Below are positions 9,608 to 19,600 of a DNA stretch of 64,000 bases, in pieces. This DNA comes from Oopsacas minuta (taxonomy: Eukaryota > Animalia > Porifera), in the NCBI GenBank assembly GCA_024704765.1, contig JAKMXF010000343.1, positions 248,001 to 312,000 on the forward strand. Direction: 5' to 3'. Under the pieces are notes generated by a model. The model was given only the letters and a program-made list of their open reading frames with translations. It was not told where the DNA came from and made no database searches. Each line of letters opens with the position of its first letter. Position 1 is the first letter of the stretch. Both the position numbers and the translations under genes were made by a program.

Positions 9608-11013
9608 ATGTGCCTTCAGAAAAATAAAAATAGTATTCCAGATAGATGGGGGGATTACTCTAACTTCAAAGGTGTCATAAAGGAATGTAACCTACTTCCT
9701 TGTAAAACACCTCTGAAAAATGCAGTATTCCTGCAGGGATTAGAAGATATGTTGTTGACAGAAGATCAACATTTCACACCAGGAGATTGTTATAAAATGG
9801 TACATGAAATATTCAAACTAAAACTTGAGTTTGTAATTGATTTCACGAACACAAGTCGATATTATTTCAGCGAAAATTTTGAAAAACTTGGTGTGAAGCA
9901 TGTGAAAATTCAATGTGTTGGCAGGTGTATTCCACCTGAAGATGTTTACAAACAGTTCCATATGGCTATGGATACATGTCTACAGCTTGTATCAGCTGAT
10001 GGAGTTATTGCCGTGCATTGTACACACGGTCTCAACCGATCTGGGTTCTTGGTATCTAACTATTTGATGAATAAATTCGGCTATACTATGGAGCAAGCTG
10101 TGGATACTTTCAATACAGCTAGAGGTCATGAAATAGAGCGAGGTGAGTATCTTGATAAGTTGAGGAATGATATGTATCCAGCTCCTAAAGAGAATACTTT
10201 TAAATTTCAGGAACGAAAAGTTGATACTATTGTTACAGATTCAATTACAGTTCCTAAGCCACCAATTAAACAGGATGAATCCAGGTTTGTAATAAACTAA
10301 TAATACATACGTAATTACGTATACTGTGGTCATATCTCGAAAACTATAAGTTTGTTTTATATGCTCAAAATTGTAAAAATGTAGGTCAGAGTATCACCTT
10401 CCCGTTAGCTATTTAACACTATTTGTATGCATGGTTCTGTTTCTTGTGGCCCGATTACCCCTATACGCCAATTCGACCGTATTTCTACGAATAAATTTTA
10501 TCTATTTTATCCCACAGAACTAAAAAACGAGAAACAACAAAATCACATCCTCCATACGATTATTCATATGAACATCAATACCCTCCAAACCGTGATCACC
10601 ATTATCCACGACATCGAGGTCACAATAGAGAATATGCATACCGTGATAGTTACCATGGTAGATACCATGGTAGATACCATGGTAACCACGACCAATACTA
10701 TTCGCATGAACAAAAGTCATACAAGCGTGCTTCATCATCGTCACGTTATACAAAACGCCCCCACAATCGGGATTTGCATCCAGCTCCCTTTCCAAAGTAT
10801 GAACAACCCCGTACTTTCCATGACCCCTCTGTAGACCGTCGTCACTATCATCCTCCCCCTTATTTACCGCCAGAGGCCTGGGGTCCCCCCGCAAACCAGC
10901 CCAGAGGTGCATATAGGATGTACGGTAGACCTCGTGGACCATCTTCTCACAAATATCACAGTAAGTCAAGTGATGTACGCACATACTCTGGTGTTCCTTA
11001 TATTAAGCATTAA
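9608..11013 (+). CDS. DUSP11: RNA 5'-triphosphatase DUSP11/PIR1-like; exons about 9608-10284 and 10518-11013
   Basis: IPDRWGDY, PCKTPL, IDFTNTSRYY, P-loop HCTHGLNRSG; no guanylyltransferase domain follows, so not RNGTT; exon 2 encodes an R/H/Y/P-rich tail. Confidence 0.85.
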
Positions 11014-11274
11014 TCTTACATAGAATGCTTGTTATATATCATTTTGTTCTTGAATAATTCTATCAGGATTTTATTCATTATTATTTGAGTAGAGTGACGG
11101 ACGAATCACTTGTGGTCCAAGTAGGACAGCTGGGGTCCACGGGTGAAATTGTTGGGAACTGCTGCAGTAGATTCTCCTTTATAAGAATATAAGGTGTCAT
11201 TTGTATAACTAATTTTCCATGTTCCATTCTTTATCCAATTTCTTAAAGTATTTTTCAAGTTAGCAAAGAACAGA

Positions 11275-14262
11275 ATGTCTAGCATATGTCTAAACTCAGC
11301 AGGAGGAGTTATCGCTCTCCTGGAGGAGAAGAACCCTACTATTAAACATTATGCGTTACAAAAACTAGATGATATTGTAGATGAATTCTGGACAGAGATT
11401 TCTGAAGTTGTTGCTAAAATCGAGGTGCTTTATGAAGATGAACATTTCGCTGACAGACAGCTCGCGGCACTCATCAGCTCAAAAGTATACTACCATCTAG
11501 GTGCGTATGAGGATGCGATGAATTTCGCACTTGGAGCAGGTGATAAATTCGACGTGAATGTCAAATCAGAATATGTAGATACAATCCTGTCTCAGTGTCT
11601 TGACGAATACGTGAAACTCCGTATCAAAATAGTAGACGAAAATGAAGCAATACAAATTGATAGCAGGCTAGAATCAGTAGTTAACAGAATGTTCTTGAAA
11701 TGTTTTGAGGACCAGAAGTACAAATTAGCTGCTGGCATGGCTCTTGAAGCGAGGCGAGTTGATTTCTTCGAAGATTCCATAAAACAATCGGAGAATACTT
11801 CTTCTATGCTTATATACTGTATGAAGATTGTACTCTCATTGATCGACCATAGAGAATTCCGTAGCAACGTGCTTGGTATATTGGTACGCATCTTCCTGGA
11901 ACAGCATACACTAGACTACGTTCTTATATGCCAATGCTACGTATTCCTAGGCGATCATCAATCTGTGTCTAATATTTTAGAGAATCTAATGCAAGGAAAT
12001 GATGAGGATAATTTAATCGCTTACCAAATTGGATTTGATTTATACGAAAATTCGTCTCAGAGTTTCTTAACACACGTAATAGAGTCTATTACAGCAAATC
12101 TACCGAATCCTGACTTAAAGACTCCAGTTAAGAAACCGGTTGAAGCAGCAACAGGAGATTCCGGTATGGACCCAATGGAGTTGGAATTGGAAGAAGCCAA
12201 AAATGTAGCACTCCCAGGTGATGAATTGGAAGAAGCCGCACGTACACCACTCCCTGATAAGGAACCCTCAGTAGAGCTAAACACTAAACTGTCCCATTTC
12301 TATGCCATACTATACGGGAACGCTACCATTGCATTACACCAAGAATTCCTTATAAGGAATAATCATACTGACGTGCAAGTGCTTAAAAACATCAAAGATT
12401 TCGTTCGATACTCCATAACACACAATGCAACTATCATTTCCAATGCATTAATGTGTTTCGGCACTACTTCTGATGTGTTTCTACGTAATAATCTTGATTG
12501 GCTTGGTAAGGCTCAAAACTGGGCTAAATTCACTGCTACAGGTAGTCTAGGGCTGGTACACTGGGGTCACGAGAGAGAAGCACTTAAAGTGATGTCTACC
12601 TACCTCCCTAAGGACAGTAGTGGTAGTGGGGGTGGAGTATACGCAGAAGGAGGCAGTTTATACGCACTGGGATTAATACACGCGAATCATGGGCACAATA
12701 TAATCGAATACCTCCAGGATCAGCTGACTGCAGCTACTAGCGAAGTTATACAGCATGGTGGATGTCTAGGACTAGGCCTAGCTGCAATGGGTACAGCACG
12801 TGCTGACGTATTCGATCTGTTACTACAACATTTACATAAATCAGATGCAGTCATTGGAGAAGCTGCAGGCATAGCTATGGGACTTGTAATGCTCGGTAGT
12901 GCTAACGAAAATGCTATTAAAGAAATGCTCGAGTATGCGAAAGAAACGCCACACGAGAAAATTCTACGAGGTCTAGCTATAGGCATTTCTCTAGTCATGT
13001 TCGCTACGCTTGATGATGGCGATGTTCTCATAGAAACTCTATTAGCTGATAAAGATCCGTTACTAAGACGATCTGGTATTTATACTATAGCCATGGCTTA
13101 TTGCGGCACTGGTAATAATAAAGCTATACGGAAACTGCTGCATGTAGCTGTATCTGATGTAGATGATGACGTCAGGCGGGCTGCTGTTATGTGTCTAGGC
13201 TTTCTTCTATTCCAAACACCTGAACAGTGTCCTAATGCTGTGTCCCTCCTGTCAGAGAGTTATAACCCACACGTTAGATGTGGTGCAAGCTTGGCATTAG
13301 GAATAGCTTGTGCTGGTACTGGGAATAAAGAAGCATTGTCTCTTCTCGAAACTCTTACCGATGACCAAAGTAATTTTGTTAGACAAAATGCACATATAGC
13401 ATCTGCTATGATACTCTTACAGCAAAGTGAAATTAGTAATTCTAGACTCGCAAAATTCCGCGAGAATTACATCAAGGTAGTGTCTGATAAACATGAAGAT
13501 AATGTGACTAAATTCGGTGCAATAATAGCTCAGGGTATTCTCAATGCTGGTGGGAGGAATGTGACAATAAATCTCAAGTCTAGGAACGGGCATACAAATG
13601 CCCGTGCTGCAGTAGGACTATTAGTATTCACTCATTTCTGGTTTTGGTTCCCACTATCTCATTTCATTTCACTCGCCTTTGTTCCCACTTCTCTAATATC
13701 GATTAATTCAGACTTAAAAATGCCTAAAATACAATACAAATCCAATGCAAATCCAAATATATTCGCTTATCCCCCTCCCGTTAAGAAAGATCAGGAAAAA
13801 GTAAAGTCTAAGGTGGCTACTGCTATTCTCTCTATAAGTGCTAAGGGCAAAAAGGCAAAAAAGGCAGATGACGTCACTGAGAAGGAGGGTGAGGACATTG
13901 GAGCTACTGAGGGGTCCTCTGATCCCCCCAAAGATGAGGTTAAGTCTAAACCAGAGGGAGAGGGGGCAGATGAAATGGAGACTGAATCTCCCACGAAAGT
14001 TGAGCCTACTTTTGAGATGCTTTCCAATCCAGCTAGAGTACTTCCAAAACAGTTACAGTATATTAGCTTAGAAGAAAATTGTAGATATATGCCTACTAAA
14101 AGTATTGTGGATGGTGGGATTATTCTCATGCGGAATTTAGCACCTGGAGATGAGGAACAGCTGATCGAGAATTTGAAAGTCATCCTTCCTGGAGAGGAGG
14201 ACGAGGGAGAGGAGCCTGAACCCCCTGAGGCCTTCGAATGGAAGGATGAGTTCTTGGATTAA
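11275..14262 (+). CDS. PSMD1: 26S proteasome subunit Rpn2, intronless
   Basis: 995 aa; SAGGVIALLEE, NLDWLGKAQNWAKF, PC repeats (GLGLAAMGT, VSDVDDDVRRAAV), C-terminal EPEPPEAFEW. Confidence 0.98.
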   Translation: MSSICLNSAGGVIALLEEKNPTIKHYALQKLDDIVDEFWTEISEVVAKIEVLYEDEHFADRQLAALISSKVYYHLGAYEDAMNFALGAGDKFDVNVKSEYVDTILSQCLDEYVKLRIKIVDENEAIQIDSRLESVVNRMFLKCFEDQKYKLAAGMALEARRVDFFEDSIKQSENTSSMLIYCMKIVLSLIDHREFRSNVLGILVRIFLEQHTLDYVLICQCYVFLGDHQSVSNILENLMQGNDEDNLIAYQIGFDLYENSSQSFLTHVIESITANLPNPDLKTPVKKPVEAATGDSGMDPMELELEEAKNVALPGDELEEAARTPLPDKEPSVELNTKLSHFYAILYGNATIALHQEFLIRNNHTDVQVLKNIKDFVRYSITHNATIISNALMCFGTTSDVFLRNNLDWLGKAQNWAKFTATGSLGLVHWGHEREALKVMSTYLPKDSSGSGGGVYAEGGSLYALGLIHANHGHNIIEYLQDQLTAATSEVIQHGGCLGLGLAAMGTARADVFDLLLQHLHKSDAVIGEAAGIAMGLVMLGSANENAIKEMLEYAKETPHEKILRGLAIGISLVMFATLDDGDVLIETLLADKDPLLRRSGIYTIAMAYCGTGNNKAIRKLLHVAVSDVDDDVRRAAVMCLGFLLFQTPEQCPNAVSLLSESYNPHVRCGASLALGIACAGTGNKEALSLLETLTDDQSNFVRQNAHIASAMILLQQSEISNSRLAKFRENYIKVVSDKHEDNVTKFGAIIAQGILNAGGRNVTINLKSRNGHTNARAAVGLLVFTHFWFWFPLSHFISLAFVPTSLISINSDLKMPKIQYKSNANPNIFAYPPPVKKDQEKVKSKVATAILSISAKGKKAKKADDVTEKEGEDIGATEGSSDPPKDEVKSKPEGEGADEMETESPTKVEPTFEMLSNPARVLPKQLQYISLEENCRYMPTKSIVDGGIILMRNLAPGDEEQLIENLKVILPGEEDEGEEPEPPEAFEWKDEFLD

Positions 14263-14478
14263 TAGAAGAGTGACTGTGTGTAGTGAGTTAGTAATCTTAT
14301 GTGTTGTAGTATCAAGCGATTATCTAGGTGTTGTGCATAGACATTCTAACATTCATGCTTTGATCATTTGGTAGATTACTATGGGTAGATTACCTCTGTT
14401 GTAGGCCAAAAAACATACAACATATATTAAGCTATACATTATAGATTAGTTTAGCTGTTATGATTAATTGAATTAGTA

Positions 14479-16804
14479 ATGGCTCAATCTGAGTCAGCTT
14501 CTCGTAGCATCTGGCCTAACAAGAAGGAGAGCTACTGTATTGAAGAGGTAGTAGGTTATGGTGGTACTGCCTCTGTACAGGCTGCTACCTGCATTCCTCT
14601 CAATAAACGTGTTGCTATAAAGAGGATTGATTTAGATCAGTGTACTAGCTCTATTGAAGATATTCTCAAAGAGGTTTGTAATTTATCTGTTCATAATGTA
14701 TAGTTAGTTATAAGAGGTCATGTCATATACTTTACATTCCCAAAAAGTTATCATTGATTCTATTAGCTATACTCCCCTGTAGGTTCGTATGATGAGTCAA
14801 TGCTCTCATCCTAACGTCATAGAATACCACACATCTTTTATACACAATCAAGAACTCCTACTTGTAATGACATTAATGGGGTGTGGCTCTCTCTCTGATA
14901 CTCTGAGACATCTACGCTCTTCTGGACATAAGAACGGGCTATTGAGTGAGGATATACTTGCTACAGTCCTTCGGTATGTCCTACTAGGTCTTGATTATTT
15001 CCACAGCAACTCACAGATACACAGAGACCTGAAAGCCGGTAATATTCTCATCGGAGAGTCCGGTGCTATCCGGTTGGCAGATTTCGGCGTTAGCTCTTTG
15101 CTCGTTAATGCGGGAGAAGCGCGTAAGAAAAGACCTAGACGGACATTTGTGGGTACTCCGTGTTGGATGGCTCCAGAGGTGATGGAACAGATTGATGGCT
15201 ATGATGCCAAAGCGGATATCTGGTCATTAGGCATAACAGCTCTGGAATTAGCGACAGGTTACGCGCCTTACTCCAAGTACCCAGCTGTTAAAATTATTCT
15301 TATGACTCTTGAGAATGAACCTCCGACTTTGGAGATGATGCAGGAGATATATGAAGAGGATTATAAACAGTGAGTATAGTGTAAATATGGTCAACTCCAG
15401 TTATATCATAGCTCAAGGGACCGCGAAATTACTTCGATAGAACCGATAAAATTCGTATATGTTTCTTTGATGGTTTGGGACCTATAGGTACAATTTCAGG
15501 CTTCGATATACAATGGATACCGGTTATAAGAACCTCCGTGGGAGTACCAATACATGTTCTTATAACTGACAGGAATATATAAGAACTATTTTCCAGAGGT
15601 TGGTGCTTATATCACTAATCCAAGCAAGTTCTTAATTATCCAGTGTTCTTATGACCAGCATGCACTGTATCCGTGTTCGATACCACGGGGATCGATTGTA
15701 GTAAGAAACTTGGTTATAGTTACTATTACTTAAATCAAAATTAAAACTCCAATCTACAGATTCAGCAAGTCATTCCGTAAGATGGTAGCCTCCTGCTTAG
15801 TAAAGGAACCAGAGAAGAGACCTACAGCTGCTGAGTTATTGAAGCATTCTTTCTTCAAGAAAGCTAGAGACGAGGAGTTTTTGAGAGAGAACTTAGTTCC
15901 CCTCGCTCCCTCCCTCTCTACTCGTCTCAAGAAGCCTGTACGGGTACCAGGGGCTAGTGGTCGCTTGTGTAGAGGTCCTGAGGGTACATGGGAGTGGGTA
16001 GACGAGTCTGAGGAGAAAAATGAGGAACAGAAGAAAGGTGAAACAGGTATGATGTAATGAAATATTTTCACAGACCACTGTTAATTGGAAACTTGTTCAG
16101 GTCCACCGCCTGCATCAATTTTACCTGTCGAATGAATATTGTCATGATTTTACCAGCCAAATTCAACTACACAATATATTTACTAACTAACGGGTGAATA
16201 GTAGTGATTTTATCTTCACAGACCTCCTTTAACACGGTTAATTAACATATTTACAAGTAGAGTCATTGAGAATTTCCATGAATTCGACACTTTGCATATG
16301 ATAACGTCATAAAGATAATGAAATCCCGCCCGCCCACATACTTAGATGGACATCATGTTGAACAAGTTTCTCATAGACAAAGATTTTTAATTTATCCACA
16401 TAGATACAGCTATGAATACAACTAACAATTCAAACAATATCCCTACCCATCCAGCCTCCAAATCTCAAAACCCAGATCAGTCATCTCTAAATTCAATAGA
16501 TACCTCACCTGTAAATCTTAACATCAGGCTAAGAGACTCGAAAAATAAATTGAAAGATATTAAATTCACATTTAACCCCAAATTAGACACCCCAGAGAAA
16601 ATATCCCAGGAACTCGTAAACGCCAAATTAATTGATCCTCGTAATTCTGATACAATTACAGCTGGCATAAGTACGATACTGAAAGACAGACGAAAAGAAG
16701 GGACTATTCGATTCAAGTTGGACTACGCGATTTTACCCACTGGTGAACCGGACGAATCTGAAATGTACGGTTATGCACAAGTCAGTATATTTGATCCAAC
16801 GTGA
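14479..16804 (+). CDS. OXSR1: STE20 kinase OSR1/SPAK family; exons about 14479-14673, 14783-15369, 15760-16046, 16404-16804
   Basis: [45 protein letters not shown] and C-terminal CCT domain ([17 protein letters not shown]...GYAQVSI). Confidence 0.9.
15387..15520. mobile_element. MITE family A fragment in OXSR1 intron
   Basis: GGTCAACTCCAGTTATATCATAGCTCAAGGGACCGCG matches the 5' part of the copies at 30257 and 61314. Confidence 0.6.
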
Positions 16805-16805
16805 G

Positions 16806-16858
<53 letters not shown>

Positions 16859-16886
16859 ATTGTTGTTGTTGTTGTTATTGTTGTTG
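16805..16886 (+). repeat. (GTT)n microsatellite directly after the OXSR1 stop codon
   Basis: About 27 GTT units with two ATT interruptions. Confidence 0.97.
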
Positions 16887-17303
16887 ATATTATAAATAAC
16901 TTGTTTGGTGAGTATTTATGGATTTCATGTTTTAACCGTTATTCTCAATTGGTGTGAATTTTTCTTGTTTGTCAATTGATAGTGTATATTTATGCTACTT
17001 TATTGTATAATACATTATACTGTACTGGGATCCTTGCTGTACTTATTCTTCATAGATATCTCGCTTGTTGTATAAACACACTTAGAGCAGCGATTCCTAT
17101 CACTCACGGTCCCCTATACCAATTTAACACATTCTATGTACCCTTCCCATAGACTACAATACAAATATTGAGATCCTGTGGACCCCCTGCTATCGTCAAA
17201 CAGCGGTTCTGGGGCCAGAACCGCGTTGTAGAGGAACGTTTGAGTAACTTTTCATAATTTTCTAATCACATTAGTTAGCTAGCTATAATCTAGTGTATTC
17301 ACT

Positions 17304-19346
17304 ATGATGTCATGTAGAAGAGTATTGAGTATTATCTCCAGACACAAACTGAGATACACCCTATATAATACATACATCAATAATTACTCACAAATACCTC
17401 CATATATACCCGATCTCTTAACAACGAAACGAATGTTCTCTACTAAATCAGAAGCTTCTAAGAGCACTAACGAATTCATCGCAGAGACTAAACAACTCTT
17501 AGATATAGTAGCAAACAGCCTATACTCAGATAGAGAAGTATTCCTTAGGGAACTAATCTCAAACTCATCAGATGCTCTGGAAAAACTAAGATTCTTACAA
17601 GTAGCTGGCAAAGAAATGGAAGATCCAGATATCCCTTTACAAATAACGATATCACCAGATGGTAAGAATAAACTGACTATAGAAGATACAGGTATTGGTA
17701 TGGACTACGGAGAAATGGTAGAGTATTTAGGTACAATAGCAAGATCAAGTAGTAAAACATTTTTGGAAGAAATGGAGAAGAGAGGAGAGTCGAAGAACGC
17801 GGATAGTGTAATTGGCCGTTTTGGTGTTGGATTTTACTCATCTTTCATGGTAGCTAATCTTGTAGAAGTATACTCAAAGAATTGGAAGACGGGGTCCAAA
17901 TGTTACCATTGGTCCAGTACAGGTGTTGGTGGGTACAATATTGAAGAGACCACTTCAAAACATGCCAACACCTCCCGAGGTACAAAAATAATCCTGCATT
18001 TAAAGGATACAGCAGATGAATTCAGTAGTAATACTCGAATTAAGAGTATTATCACCAAATACAGTAATTTCGTACAATTTCCTATTTATATTAGCGGTAA
18101 GAAGATAAATATTCAAGACCCTATTTGGTTAACTGATCCAAAAGTTACCAAAACTGAAGACAATAAAGAATTTTACAAGTTCTTAACCGGGGATACTTTG
18201 TCGCCTCTTTTCACGTTCCATTTCCGGCTCGACATGCCGATAAGCATAAATGCTGTATTCTATGTCCCGAATATTCCATATTTAGCAAGTACCCTACAGA
18301 ATAGAGAACCAATGCCTAAAGTATCTCTATACTCACGTCGTGTTCTAATACAAGACCAAACTACACAGATAATACCCTATTGGATGAGATTTGTTGTTGG
18401 TGTAGTTGATAGCGAGGATATACCATTAAACCTATCCAGAGAAATGCTTCAGAATAATCCATTGCTCCTGAGAATGAAGCAAATACTGACGTCACGGATA
18501 ATACGAGCAATTGAAGGGGAAATGGAATCGAATAAGACTAATTATTCAATGCTGTTTCGTGCTATTGGGCTGTCGCTACGTGAAGGTATTATGCATATAG
18601 ATGATAAACGAGGCAGAGAAGAGATCGCTTCTCTTCTAATGTTTGAATCCTCAAAACGACCCGAAGATACGGAAATCACACTTAATGATTACTTCAAAAA
18701 CATGAGACCCCTCCAAGAGGAAATTTTCTATCTGGTATCCCCCAACAGAGCTGGCGCTGACAATTCTCCTTATACTGAACAGCTGATGGAAAAAGACATA
18801 GAAATCCTATACTCATACTCACAACATGAGGATACTATTATGCCATATCTAAACGAATATAAGGGTAAAAAAATAATATCAGTCGAAGAGTATACTAATA
18901 AGAATTTAAACATTGTGAAGAGCAAATCTGTAGAAGGCAAAGCTCTCAAAGAATATACGAATTGGTTTGAAAACATACTCGGAAAGGCGAAAGTGAAAAA
19001 AGTTGAAATATCGAATAATCTTAAAAAACACCCTTCAATGTTAATGATCCCAGACTTGACTAAAACACGACAATTCCTTCAAAATACGCCTGAAATAGAA
19101 AATGTATGGGAGTATATGTCTGCTACACTACATCTTAATCCTAATCATGATCTTATTAAAAAGGTAAATATTTTACGCAAGAAAGAGCCAAAATTAGCTA
19201 GTCTTATTGCAGAACAAATTTATTTTAACAGTCTTATTGCTGCTGGGTTTGTAAGAGATGCTAGGTTTATATTACCTCATTTACATGAGTTATTGGAGAA
19301 ATGCATTGAAGATAGTACTAAGTCTACTATTATCACTCCAGATTGA
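17304..19346 (+). CDS. TRAP1: Mitochondrial HSP90 (TRAP1/HSP75), intronless
   Basis: Basic presequence-like N-terminus, EFIAETKQLLDIVANSLYS, ELISNSSDALEKLR, IEDTGIGM, GRFGVGFYSSFMV, DSEDIPLNLSRE. Confidence 0.95.
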   Translation: MMSCRRVLSIISRHKLRYTLYNTYINNYSQIPPYIPDLLTTKRMFSTKSEASKSTNEFIAETKQLLDIVANSLYSDREVFLRELISNSSDALEKLRFLQVAGKEMEDPDIPLQITISPDGKNKLTIEDTGIGMDYGEMVEYLGTIARSSSKTFLEEMEKRGESKNADSVIGRFGVGFYSSFMVANLVEVYSKNWKTGSKCYHWSSTGVGGYNIEETTSKHANTSRGTKIILHLKDTADEFSSNTRIKSIITKYSNFVQFPIYISGKKINIQDPIWLTDPKVTKTEDNKEFYKFLTGDTLSPLFTFHFRLDMPISINAVFYVPNIPYLASTLQNREPMPKVSLYSRRVLIQDQTTQIIPYWMRFVVGVVDSEDIPLNLSREMLQNNPLLLRMKQILTSRIIRAIEGEMESNKTNYSMLFRAIGLSLREGIMHIDDKRGREEIASLLMFESSKRPEDTEITLNDYFKNMRPLQEEIFYLVSPNRAGADNSPYTEQLMEKDIEILYSYSQHEDTIMPYLNEYKGKKIISVEEYTNKNLNIVKSKSVEGKALKEYTNWFENILGKAKVKKVEISNNLKKHPSMLMIPDLTKTRQFLQNTPEIENVWEYMSATLHLNPNHDLIKKVNILRKKEPKLASLIAEQIYFNSLIAAGFVRDARFILPHLHELLEKCIEDSTKSTIITPD

Positions 19347-19600
19347 TTTATACTTAGTTTGAGAGATTAGTCTGTTTCTAATAGTTTTTGTAATTTCTGA
19401 TAAAAAATGATTAAAATAGTACTCATTTATTGTATAACAGTGTACGTATAACAATAACCGACATATAATATACAGGATTATATGAGAACCGTTTTCCAGA
19501 GGATAGGTTTTATATCCTGCATGTTCTTATTCACAGTATATTTATCGAATCCAATATTTCACAATTCATTTCAATAGTTGGCTAGTATTTACCTCATTTG

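Noticed and set aside
9608-10300. mRNA capping enzyme (RNGTT) call
   Set aside because: No KxDG guanylyltransferase domain follows; P-loop and tail fit DUSP11.
10427-10984. ORFs 10427-10834 (+) and 10520-10984 (-)
   Set aside because: Alternative frames of DUSP11 exon 2 low-complexity sequence.
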